Shown here in pieces: positions 17,720 through 25,074 of a DNA stretch of 30,106 bases (positions are counted from its first letter, which is position 1; every line of letters begins with the position of its first letter). The stretch comes from a virus (lineage: Duplodnaviria > Caudoviricetes): the IMG/VR virus record IMGVR_UViG_3300020045_000871, positions 1 through 30,106 of that record; one strand, 5' to 3'. The translations under genes and the position numbers were made by a program. Below the pieces are notes generated by a model that was not told the DNA's origin, searched no databases, and saw only the letters and a list, made by a program, of their open reading frames with translations.

Positions 17720-18940
17720 TTACTCCTTAGTAATTCCGTGGGCGGCTTCGCCATCGCTGACACCCCATGCATAAAAATACCACTCGTCTTTTTCGCCTTC
17801 GGTTTGCTGCTTCTGGCGCTGGCTAAACATTGGGACAATCTGCTCATCCGTCAGCGGCTTGCGCTGTGGTGACTGTGCCTTACAAAGCGACAAAGGTACA
17901 CGACCTTCACCAGCAGTTTTGTAAATGGTCGCGCAACCAACGGAATCAAAGTGTTCGCGCACCTCATCAATCTTTACCCAACCTTCTACTGCGTTCCAGT
18001 ATTCGAGTGGCTCCTGCTCTGGCTCTTTGGGTTGTGGTGTCATGCTTTGAAAATGGTTGGCAAGCTCTCTTGCAAGATGTTTGTCAATGCTCCCGTGGCG
18101 CATAATGTTGACCACTACCATGTCTCGCCAGTCAGACCACTCCTTTAGGAAAATGGCAGGTTTTTGCTTATGTGTCTCCGACACGGCTGGCTCTTTGGGT
18201 TGTGGTGGAAGTGCAGCATAAAAAGGCACACCATCGTTTGAATCGCTTTGCTCCCATTTCCCATCGCTATTTGCGTTGAAATAACCAACAGGTTCCTGCT
18301 CTGGCTGTGCCTTCACATAACCCCATGCAGTAGCAAGACGGGCTTGGGTTGACTTGCAGTTTAGGTTTTGCTCGGGCTGTGGTGGGGTGGTGTAGAGCTT
18401 GGAATCTTGTGGGATTGCAACAGGGCCAAGCACTGTGGTGATGTGAACGCCGTTCTCGTTGACGTAAGCAGACCCAAAGTGCGCCACAGGCTCTGGCTGC
18501 GCCTCAAGCATTGAAATCACGAAGTCCAGCGCGGCCTGCTCATTAGGGCCAAGTAGTTTTTCTTCGTGCTTGAACCGCTCCATGAAATAGGCTGCGCGGT
18601 GCGCTGTCATCGCCGTTGCCACAGGCTCCTGCTCTGGCTGTGATGTAGAATCAACTTTACCAACTCCTACACGAGAGGTCGGCAGGTGATTCTCTGAACA
18701 ATCATCTCCAAAGGCTGCACAGTTGTCTGTGTGGCCTTTTTCTTTGTACGGGTGAAAGTTTCCGTTTATGTCTTTCACATATAGGTTAGGAACAGGCTCC
18801 CGCTTTGTATCTGCCAAGGCTTCTTTGAGTGCCTTGTTTTCTGCTTTTAGCTGGTCAATACGTTCACAAGCAGCCTCCATCGCTTGATGAGCCAATTGAA
18901 TTTTTGTAATCATGTCCAATGCTTCTGTTTGTGTTGTCAT
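17720..18940 (-). CDS. Modular accessory protein built of QPEQEPV-linked segments
   Basis: Repeated QPEQEPV/QPKEP linkers; ends RKPLTDEQI...AHGIT; SD GAGGA. Confidence 0.8.
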   Translation of the reverse strand: MTTQTEALDMITKIQLAHQAMEAACERIDQLKAENKALKEALADTKREPVPNLYVKDINGNFHPYKEKGHTDNCAAFGDDCSENHLPTSRVGVGKVDSTSQPEQEPVATAMTAHRAAYFMERFKHEEKLLGPNEQAALDFVISMLEAQPEPVAHFGSAYVNENGVHITTVLGPVAIPQDSKLYTTPPQPEQNLNCKSTQARLATAWGYVKAQPEQEPVGYFNANSDGKWEQSDSNDGVPFYAALPPQPKEPAVSETHKQKPAIFLKEWSDWRDMVVVNIMRHGSIDKHLARELANHFQSMTPQPKEPEQEPLEYWNAVEGWVKIDEVREHFDSVGCATIYKTAGEGRVPLSLCKAQSPQRKPLTDEQIVPMFSQRQKQQTEGEKDEWYFYAWGVSDGEAAHGITKE

Positions 18941-19266
18941 TTTTTGTCCTCAACATGATTTATGACGCTTACGGAAACGCACATTGATTTCAGCCAATCA
19001 TCTAAATCGCCACGGTCTTCTTCTGCAAAACAAGTTGAAAGCGTATCTTCTCCATTGTTTTTCTCAAAAATCAAAGTTGGAAACTCACCTTGTTCTTTAA
19101 AAAGTTTGTCAGCATGGCTACTGATTGCGCTATCAAACAAATCAAATCCTTTGCAATTCCCGCCAACTTCAACCACTTCCGTGAATTTGTAATCCCATTG
19201 CATATAGGTAATTTCAAATGTGTGCTTTGCCCAACGAATGTTTGGGTCGTATTCTTTTAAAATCAT
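18937..19266 (-). CDS. Hypothetical AT-rich protein
   Basis: Start MILKEYDPN at 19266, ATGA-coupled on both sides; visibly lower GC than the flanks. Confidence 0.75.
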   Translation of the reverse strand: MILKEYDPNIRWAKHTFEITYMQWDYKFTEVVEVGGNCKGFDLFDSAISSHADKLFKEQGEFPTLIFEKNNGEDTLSTCFAEEDRGDLDDWLKSMCVSVSVINHVEDKK

Positions 19267-19373
19267 AACGGGCTTTCTGGCAGTTGTGCGCGTTGTTGTT
19301 GCGCGTATTCTTTTATTTGCTTGGGTGTCCACGGTACTGCGCCCGTGGCTGGTGGAAATGGCCAAGTGTTCAT
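19263..19373 (-). CDS. 36-aa TWPFP mini-protein
   Basis: MNTWPFPPATGAVPWTPKQIKEYAQQQRAQLPESPL*; ATGA overlaps at both ends. Confidence 0.7.
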   Translation of the reverse strand: MNTWPFPPATGAVPWTPKQIKEYAQQQRAQLPESPL

Positions 19374-19552
19374 TTTTGTGTCCGTTTCCGCTGCATTTCC
19401 GCAATCTGCTCGCGCGCTTCGCGGAAGTAGTCGATCTCGGTAATGGGTTGTTTTTTTGCGTAGATTTTTGGTCGCAGTTTGCGCACGCGAACACGCTTTA
19501 GCATTGACGGGTCTTGTGGCCACGCCACCGTTGGTACCAGTTGTGTCTTCAT
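19370..19552 (-). CDS. Hypothetical basic protein
   Basis: 60 aa; ATGA overlaps at both ends; SD GAGGA. Confidence 0.7.
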   Translation of the reverse strand: MKTQLVPTVAWPQDPSMLKRVRVRKLRPKIYAKKQPITEIDYFREAREQIAEMQRKRTQK

Positions 19553-19806
19553 GGCGCGTCCTCGCGCTCAACCGGCTCCACACCGCTGCCGTGGCACTTG
19601 TAGCAGTTCGACCCGTCGTACATGCCTTCGCCAGACCCGCTGCAGCCGTTGCAAATCTCGTCTTCATCATCTTCCTCCATTTCTTCGTTGCAATCGACAT
19701 GGCCAAGTTGTTTTGATGTAACACCAAAAATACGGTCGAACGCTTCTGAGAATGCCTGGTTATTTGTTGGCCGCTGTGCGCTGCCTTTTCCTGCTTCGTG
19801 TGCCAT
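19549..19806 (-). CDS. Small protein with DnaJ-type CxxCxGxG zinc finger
   Basis: CNGCSGSG and CYKCHGSG after an acidic linker. Confidence 0.75.
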   Translation of the reverse strand: MAHEAGKGSAQRPTNNQAFSEAFDRIFGVTSKQLGHVDCNEEMEEDDEDEICNGCSGSGEGMYDGSNCYKCHGSGVEPVEREDAP

Positions 19807-19809
19807 GTT

Positions 19810-19887
19810 TTAGTCCAAAAGATGTGCCGCGCTCAACGCAAGAGCGATGCAGATTGCGATTAATATGTTTACGATTGTTTGTTTCAT
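19810..19887 (-). CDS. Hypothetical 25-aa hydrophobic peptide (not in ORF track)
   Basis: MKQTIVNILIAICIALALSAAHLLD*; SD AAGGAG 5 nt upstream. Confidence 0.65.
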   Translation of the reverse strand: MKQTIVNILIAICIALALSAAHLLD

Positions 19888-19896
19888 GCTGGCTCC

Positions 19897-20376
19897 TTAG
19901 ATATTCATAACCTCAACATCGTGAGGCTTCTTTCTGCCGGTGAGAATTTCACGGATGCGCTTCTCAGTATTGCGGTGCACTTGGATTAACGTGCGCTCTG
20001 AGATTTGCTCGGTGACGCTTGCGTAGTCCTCCAAAACGGCCCGCACGGCCTGCATTCCTTGCGCATCTAGCCTGATGACGCCATTCTTCATGTGACGCCT
20101 TCCTGCCATCGCCAAGGCCGTCACAGCGTCGTCTATGAGGCCGTTCTCGTCCTCGACTATCTGCATGGTCACCATCGTCTCCATGAGGTTCACAGCGTCG
20201 CTACAAACGCGCCAATCTTCCGTTGTTGGTGCTGGCGCTGTTTCGATGGAGGCCAAGCCGTCCCACATCCTTGTGAGCTGGTGGCGGCGGCGCTCTGGAT
20301 TCATCGGGCGGTCTGGGGACGCCATCATCACGTCCATTATGGTGTATCGAATGGGGTGATATTTTTGGCGTTTCAT
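19897..20376 (-). CDS. Hypothetical helical protein
   Basis: 159 aa; ATGA-coupled to the HTH gene. Confidence 0.8.
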   Translation of the reverse strand: MKRQKYHPIRYTIMDVMMASPDRPMNPERRRHQLTRMWDGLASIETAPAPTTEDWRVCSDAVNLMETMVTMQIVEDENGLIDDAVTALAMAGRRHMKNGVIRLDAQGMQAVRAVLEDYASVTEQISERTLIQVHRNTEKRIREILTGRKKPHDVEVMNI

Positions 20377-20582
20377 GCTGCGTCCGGAGATACAGGTTCA
20401 ATCCACTGCTTGACCCATGCTTCAACATCGATGCGGCGATATCGCACGGGGCTTTTGCTGGATGGGCCGAGTTTGATGTGCTTTGGCCCGTAGTTTTTTT
20501 GACGCCAGTTGTCCAGCGTGCCAACGGTCACTTTGAGCGTGTCGGCCACTTGGTCTGGCGTGAGAAGTTCGTATTGGTTCAT
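20373..20582 (-). CDS. Excisionase/AlpA-like helix-turn-helix DNA-binding protein
   Basis: LLTPDQVADTLKVTVGTLDNWR...GP..IKLG...VRYRRIDVEAW. Confidence 0.88.
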   Translation of the reverse strand: MNQYELLTPDQVADTLKVTVGTLDNWRQKNYGPKHIKLGPSSKSPVRYRRIDVEAWVKQWIEPVSPDAA

Positions 20583-20592
20583 GGTTTTATAT

Positions 20593-20606
20593 GGGGCCGA
20601 AGCCCC
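20593..20606. promoter_or_regulatory. Stable hairpin between recT and the HTH gene
   Basis: Minus strand GGGGC-TTCG-GCCCC (cUUCGg loop) with no U tract; plus strand followed by TTT. Confidence 0.55.
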
Positions 20607-20611
20607 TTTGG

Positions 20612-21451
20612 TTAGATGGGTGAGTCGTCCGCGTTGCCTGCGGTTTCAGGCGCTGGATCGCGGTGTGGCACGTCGATCACGCCGTCGTCGTCTGGTGCCG
20701 CTGTTTGTCTTGGCGCTTGCTCGGCAACCTTGTTCAAGCGGCTTGCGCGTTTTTGCGTTGCTGGCGCTTCTTCAGGCATTGGCTGAACCTCTGGCGCTGG
20801 CATAAACATCTCGTCGTCGTCCTTCAAGACGCCTTCAATGTCGGTGCTCAGTGGCAAGCGCTTGCTATGGCGGCGAATCACCGTCTTCTTGGCCATCTCG
20901 GCAAAATCGCTAACCCAAGGGCCCGACTTGCCGCTTCGGCTGCGTGCGCGGATTGCGTTGACATCCTCGACGCTCATCACCTCGCGGGATTTCTCGCCGT
21001 CCTTCATGGTGACGATGGAGTAGACCGCAATCAACTCGCCTCGGCTTGATAGCGCTGGCTTGTGCGAGATATGTTCTTCGTCGCCAAGGCTGAAATCAAA
21101 GTTGTCGTTTTTGTAGACCGCTTGCACGCTCCAGGTGCTGATCTCACCTGAGTTGCGAACCAGCTTCATGATGCCTGCGACCATGGGCATCCACTGCGCG
21201 TTATTTCCAAACGTGACGATTGCGCCCTCGCGTCCGTCCGGAAGCAGGCCCATCTGCGCGGCGCGTGTGGCTGCGGCAAATAGCGTGCGGCGGTCGGCGT
21301 CCAGCAGCGCTGGGTTCATCTGCACAGCGGTCAGCGTCACGCGCACAAATTTCTCTGTGCTTACGTGGGCAGGCAAGGCTGCTTTAAATTGAGGTGCCAT
21401 TTTTTCGATGGCGTGTCGTACTTCTTGCACGACGAGCTGGTTGTTGCTCAT
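20612..21451 (-). CDS. recT: RecT-family single-strand annealing recombinase
   Basis: FKAALPAHV..EKFVR, AAQMGLLPDG, GIMKLVRNSG and PW.SDFAEMAKKTVIRR..KRLPLS; SD AGGAG. Confidence 0.95.
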   Translation of the reverse strand: MSNNQLVVQEVRHAIEKMAPQFKAALPAHVSTEKFVRVTLTAVQMNPALLDADRRTLFAAATRAAQMGLLPDGREGAIVTFGNNAQWMPMVAGIMKLVRNSGEISTWSVQAVYKNDNFDFSLGDEEHISHKPALSSRGELIAVYSIVTMKDGEKSREVMSVEDVNAIRARSRSGKSGPWVSDFAEMAKKTVIRRHSKRLPLSTDIEGVLKDDDEMFMPAPEVQPMPEEAPATQKRASRLNKVAEQAPRQTAAPDDDGVIDVPHRDPAPETAGNADDSPI

Positions 21452-21462
21452 TGTTTTCTCCT

Positions 21463-21485
21463 AAAAAATACCGGTACCCGACCGG
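21463..21485 (-). terminator. Possible weak terminator/attenuator between exonuclease and recT
   Basis: Minus strand CCGGT-CGGGT-ACCGG followed by TATTTTT, just before the recT SD. Confidence 0.35.
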
Positions 21486-21491
21486 CTGCGG

Positions 21492-22457
21492 TTATTTCGC
21501 TTTTCGTTGCGTAATGCGCAACATTCTAAACCCTTTTCTCCCACCGTAGGTCATTCCGACCATTTCTTTTGTAATTAAAGTCGGTGGCGTTTCGGCCTGA
21601 ATTCCTGCGCTTATGGTGAATCCGTCCAATAAAACCTTCTCGGCGTCGCCGATGTGCTCCATCAGTTTGGCTTTACAAACCTGTTTGTCCTCTTCCCAGT
21701 CGGCGGCAAGTTTTGAGGCGTTTTTGTAGTCGGCCACAAGGCGGGCCAGCTCTTCGTCCGTGCTGGCGTCTAGCACCTTGCCTGGCTGCGCGTATTGGTT
21801 CAAACGGATAAGCGTTTCAGCGTCCTGCGGCATCACTGGCGACGGTTCGTTGCCTTCTTCGATTGAGCGCCAGAAATCGGCCACCTTGGCCCGTATTGCG
21901 GCAATTACCGGTTCATCTCGCTCACGCTCAATCACCACGCCACGGTTGCCCGCGATAAACGCTCCAATGAACGAGCGCTTAAAGCCGGACACCGCCATTT
22001 GGTGCTGCACCTGCATCTCAATGTGCTCTGGGGCCTCGATGCTGCCGTCATCGTGCTCAATCCAGCCATCGCGAAACGCTAGGTAGTCCACGTTCTTGAT
22101 TTCAAGGTGCGCAGGCCCGTCTGGATGATTGGTGATGACAAAGTCAAATGAGCTGCCAAGCCGCGCGTCTGGGTCGCGGTAATACTCCTTCATCGGCGAA
22201 ATCTTCCAGCCGTTTTCCTCGGCAATGCCGTGGGCGATGGCAGACTCCAGCCGGTTACCCCATTTCATGCGCTCGTTGGCTTTGAACTCTGGCACAACGC
22301 CAGAGCGCTTGCGGTGCCAAAGGTCGAAGTGCGTCATATACGGGCTCATGCCAAACAAAGCGGCTGATTCGGTACTGGTGACGTCCTTGGTGCGCATCTC
22401 AAGCCAGTGCGCCTCGTTGTCTGGTTGGATTATTTGGACTAGGTTTATTGGGGTCAT
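21492..22457 (-). CDS. YqaJ/lambda-Exo-family 5'-3' exonuclease
   Basis: WLEMR...VTSTE, WGNRLE, SSFD, LEIKN and QVQHQM motifs; adjacent to recT. Confidence 0.93.
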   Translation of the reverse strand: MTPINLVQIIQPDNEAHWLEMRTKDVTSTESAALFGMSPYMTHFDLWHRKRSGVVPEFKANERMKWGNRLESAIAHGIAEENGWKISPMKEYYRDPDARLGSSFDFVITNHPDGPAHLEIKNVDYLAFRDGWIEHDDGSIEAPEHIEMQVQHQMAVSGFKRSFIGAFIAGNRGVVIERERDEPVIAAIRAKVADFWRSIEEGNEPSPVMPQDAETLIRLNQYAQPGKVLDASTDEELARLVADYKNASKLAADWEEDKQVCKAKLMEHIGDAEKVLLDGFTISAGIQAETPPTLITKEMVGMTYGGRKGFRMLRITQRKAK

Positions 22458-22795
22458 TTATGTGCTCCGATTTCTGCCGCTGCTCTTACGATCGCTCGAC
22501 GGGTTGCTGCGTATGGGTCGTCAATTACTTGTTCGCCTTCATTGCAACAGACCCCGTGTTTTCGGTCTTGCGAACGAACCAATGGCCGAGTTATATCGTT
22601 CATTTGATAGCAAGGCGCATAAATTGATAGACGCAACTTCACAGCCAGCCGCAGCGCATCGCCATCGTCTGTTAGTGGATGCCAATTGCTAATGAAATCT
22701 TCATCTGGTTTTACGCCATTGCCAAGCTGAGTCATCCACTTCAATTCAATTCCAGCCGCTTTAGCAGCCAGCTCTAGAAGTTCTTTGTCAGTCAT
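22454..22795 (-). CDS. Conserved-type phage hypothetical protein
   Basis: MTDKELLELAAKAAG, WHPLTDDGDALRLAVKL and ATRRAIVRAAAEIG, a pattern I recognise from proteobacterial phage early regions. Confidence 0.8.
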   Translation of the reverse strand: MTDKELLELAAKAAGIELKWMTQLGNGVKPDEDFISNWHPLTDDGDALRLAVKLRLSIYAPCYQMNDITRPLVRSQDRKHGVCCNEGEQVIDDPYAATRRAIVRAAAEIGAHK

Positions 22796-22962
22796 TCTTT
22801 TTCAAGCGGCACATCGCGCCACTCGCCTCGTGTCATTGGGTATTGAATGTCGTATGCGAACCATTGCTGGAGCACGCGAACTGTTTGAGAGTAGGTCAAG
22901 CCGATTCCTCCAGTGAGAATTACATCTCTCTCGATCCATCGCAGTCGTGGTGTGGGGTTCAT
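22792..22962 (-). CDS. Hypothetical 56-aa protein (not in ORF track)
   Basis: MNPTPRLRWIERDVILTGGIGLTYSQTVRVLQQWFAYDIQYPMTRGEWRDVPLEKE*; ATGA overlaps at both ends. Confidence 0.8.
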   Translation of the reverse strand: MNPTPRLRWIERDVILTGGIGLTYSQTVRVLQQWFAYDIQYPMTRGEWRDVPLEKE

Positions 22963-23240
22963 TTCTGCACCCCATCCAGCCTATCGGCCACCAAGGATGC
23001 ATAACCGGAAATGTCGCGCCATGAATCGGAGTAATTTGGGTCGCCGTTCAGGATGCGTGCAACTTTATGCATCACCATCTCAAGCGATTCACGTTGGTCG
23101 TGCTCAAGATCGCAGCCACGCACGGCCTCATAATGATGAACTAAAGCCTTCAATCTCTGGGAGATTTCAGCGTGGCCATCAAATGTGCCGTACCGCGCAC
23201 CGCGCTCGGCCAAAATTTGATTTATATCGGTGGTGCTCAT
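22959..23240 (-). CDS. DUF6378-like small helical phage protein
   Basis: ILAERGARYG.F and HKVARILNGDP.YSDSW.DISGYA. Confidence 0.8.
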   Translation of the reverse strand: MSTTDINQILAERGARYGTFDGHAEISQRLKALVHHYEAVRGCDLEHDQRESLEMVMHKVARILNGDPNYSDSWRDISGYASLVADRLDGVQK

Positions 23241-23335
23241 AACGGCGCGTCCTCGTAGTTGTCAGGGTTAAATTTCGGCGGGTTGTTGCGATGTGGTGTC
23301 GGCAACGGGTGGGTTGGAAATGGCCAGGTGGTCAT
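23237..23335 (-). CDS. 32-aa TWPFP mini-protein (not in ORF track)
   Basis: MTTWPFPTHPLPTPHRNNPPKFNPDNYEDAPL*; ATGA overlaps at both ends; SD GAGG. Confidence 0.7.
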   Translation of the reverse strand: MTTWPFPTHPLPTPHRNNPPKFNPDNYEDAPL

Positions 23336-23769
23336 AGCGCACCCTCAGTCGCCTTGGCGATTACAGCCTTTGCATTTGCTACGCGGCATCCACCTTCATC
23401 AACGTGGTCTAGGTAATGCGATTGGCAAAAGCCTTTATGGTCTATGCGGCACGGCCCATCATTTACCTCAACCATCTCTTGCAGCACCTCGAACAACTCA
23501 GGCGCGGCTGTAATCCGACTAACCAGAAGGTATGGTCGGTATTCAGCTGATAATTCGTTGTCGCTAACATCCATGTATGAACCATCTGCAAAATCTAATC
23601 TGAAATAGTCAGGCGCGTTCATGTGGCGTTGCTTTTGGATTGACATGACCATGGCAACAGCGCCAGTGCTTTTGTCGGCAACCAAGTCGCAGATTTGGAG
23701 ATGCTCAAACCAGCGTTCAGGATATGGCGCATAACCTCCAGCTAATAGACGGATTTCGTTTTGATTCAT
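23332..23769 (-). CDS. Hypothetical protein with AAPEL...IAKAT C-terminal module
   Basis: 145 aa; ATGA-coupled; C-terminus paralogous to 23766-24062. Confidence 0.75.
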   Translation of the reverse strand: MNQNEIRLLAGGYAPYPERWFEHLQICDLVADKSTGAVAMVMSIQKQRHMNAPDYFRLDFADGSYMDVSDNELSAEYRPYLLVSRITAAPELFEVLQEMVEVNDGPCRIDHKGFCQSHYLDHVDEGGCRVANAKAVIAKATEGAL

Positions 23770-24062
23770 GCCGCACCCCCAGTCGCCTTGGCGATGGCGG
23801 CGCGGGCTTTGTCACCCCATGCGCTTGTGCCTGGTTGTGGCCCCTCCATGTCCACCAGTTCAATGAGCAACGCCAGCAACTCAGGCGCAGCGGCTATCAA
23901 ACGCGCGTTGGCTGATGCTTGTTCAGATGTTGGGTTTGTAGGGCATCCAAACTCGCCATTGCTACTGAAGACGGTGGCGATGCTCTGTTTGTCTGTTTTT
24001 ATGTAATAGCGGCCACTTCCGTGTGTGCGCATCCACGGCCCAGGTGTGTGTTGTGTGCTCAT
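23766..24062 (-). CDS. Hypothetical HTPGPW...NARLIAAAPEL-type phage early protein
   Basis: MSTQHTPGPW, ANARLIAAAPELL and ARAAIAKATG; start at 24062 is ATGA-coupled. Confidence 0.8.
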   Translation of the reverse strand: MSTQHTPGPWMRTHGSGRYYIKTDKQSIATVFSSNGEFGCPTNPTSEQASANARLIAAAPELLALLIELVDMEGPQPGTSAWGDKARAAIAKATGGAA

Positions 24063-24190
24063 ACCGCCCACCACTGCACCAAAGCCAAGGCAAAACCGGT
24101 GCCAATGGCCACCGCCAATAAAAAATCCTTGACCGTGCTCACTTGGCGCGGCGCTGGCGCTGGAGCGTAGTTTTCACGAAATCCATTCAT
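24059..24190 (-). CDS. Hypothetical 43-aa single-TM protein, first gene of the leftward operon (not in ORF track)
   Basis: MNGFRENYAPAPAPRQVSTVKDFLLAVAIGTGFALALVQWWAV*; SD GGAG. Confidence 0.7.
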   Translation of the reverse strand: MNGFRENYAPAPAPRQVSTVKDFLLAVAIGTGFALALVQWWAV

Positions 24191-24348
24191 ATCTCTCTCC
24201 GGTTAGTCCGCAACACCGTGTTGCAGTAAACGCACTATACCCGATTTCATGCAAAAACGCGACAAGATGCGAAAAAATGTATTTGAGTTGTTTAAATACA
24301 ACTTAGCAGATACTTGCGGGCGTTGCGTTTTTTGCTATACTGCAACGC
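24191..24348. promoter_or_regulatory. Divergent early control region
   Basis: Rightward TTGCGG(24314)-16 nt-TATACT(24336); leftward -10 TATAGT (24239-24234) with a poor -35; several GCAAC(A/G)C half-sites and palindromes. Confidence 0.75.
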
Positions 24349-24612
24349 ATGAACACAGAAAACGCAACACTTACAAGCGACAGCCCAGCCGAGAAATGCA
24401 TCCGCGCATTCGGCGGCGTGCGCACTTTGGCCAAGCTGCTGGGGCGCAACGCCTCGTCTATATCGCGCTGGCGCAAACCGCAAGACCTTGGCGGCACGGG
24501 CGGCAAAGTCCCATCCGCGCTACAAGGGCGCATTCTCATGCTGGCCAAGGATCATGGGGTGAGCCTGGTCGCGGAGGATTTGATTTTTATGGGGGGCGAA
24601 AGTGGTGTCTGA
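24349..24612 (+). CDS. Cro-like HTH regulator
   Basis: IRAFGGVRTLAKLLGRNASSISRW...G.VP; first gene of the rightward operon. Confidence 0.85.
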   Translation: MNTENATLTSDSPAEKCIRAFGGVRTLAKLLGRNASSISRWRKPQDLGGTGGKVPSALQGRILMLAKDHGVSLVAEDLIFMGGESGV

Positions 24613-24796
24613 TCGCCAGTTGGCATCCATCGTATCGGTCGACCGCTACGAGCTGCCAAGCAACATCGCTAAGCGTGCGGGTGTTCGCCGTCTGAGCAAT
24701 GCGTCACTTGGTCGCCTGCACCGAGCTGGAATCCTTGAGCGCGTGCCTGGGCCTGCGTGTTTTATGTATCGCTCAAAACAAATGAGAATCAAATGA
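24602..24796 (+). CDS. Hypothetical small basic protein, possibly winged-helix
   Basis: GTG start with G-rich SD; IAKRAGV...ASLGRLHRAGILERV. Confidence 0.6.
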   Translation: MVSDRQLASIVSVDRYELPSNIAKRAGVRRLSNASLGRLHRAGILERVPGPACFMYRSKQMRIK

Positions 24797-24846
24797 CCCT
24801 CGTACTTATAGCCGCAGCAATCGACTTTTTGTTTTTGGAGGATTGA

Positions 24847-25074
24847 ATGAAACTTGACAAAATTATTGAAGCAGCCGAAAAAATTGGGTTTAGCCGCACA
24901 CATAGCGGAGTTGTTCGGCTCTGGCTATGCAACGCACAAGACCTTGAGAAATTGGTAAAACTGGCGGTGCAACGCGAGCGTGAGGCGTGTGCAAAGGTGT
25001 GTGAATCTATGCCGTACAGAGCCGCCAGTGCAAGCAAGGCCGCTGAAGCAATCCGCGCAAGAGGTGAAGCATGA
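24847..25074 (+). CDS. Hypothetical EREACA...AIRARG-type protein
   Basis: SD GGAGG; paralogous to 25445-25690. Confidence 0.8.
   Translation: MKLDKIIEAAEKIGFSRTHSGVVRLWLCNAQDLEKLVKLAVQREREACAKVCESMPYRAASASKAAEAIRARGEA

Noticed and set aside
18937-19727. Long ORF-track versions 18937-19494 and 19263-19727
   Set aside because: Their N-terminal extensions overlap better-supported ATGA-coupled genes; starts at 19266 and 19373 are preferred
22802-23002. 66-aa minus-strand ORF in the track
   Set aside because: The alternative frame 22962-22792 has coupled ends and a more protein-like sequence
24249-24695. 148-aa plus-strand ORF over the control region
   Set aside because: Out of frame with the clear Cro-like HTH gene and crosses its promoter; no recognisable motifs
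24793-24846. 17-aa ORF MTLVLIAAAIDFLFLED
   Set aside because: Tiles between its neighbours and may be real, but too short to support from sequence alone
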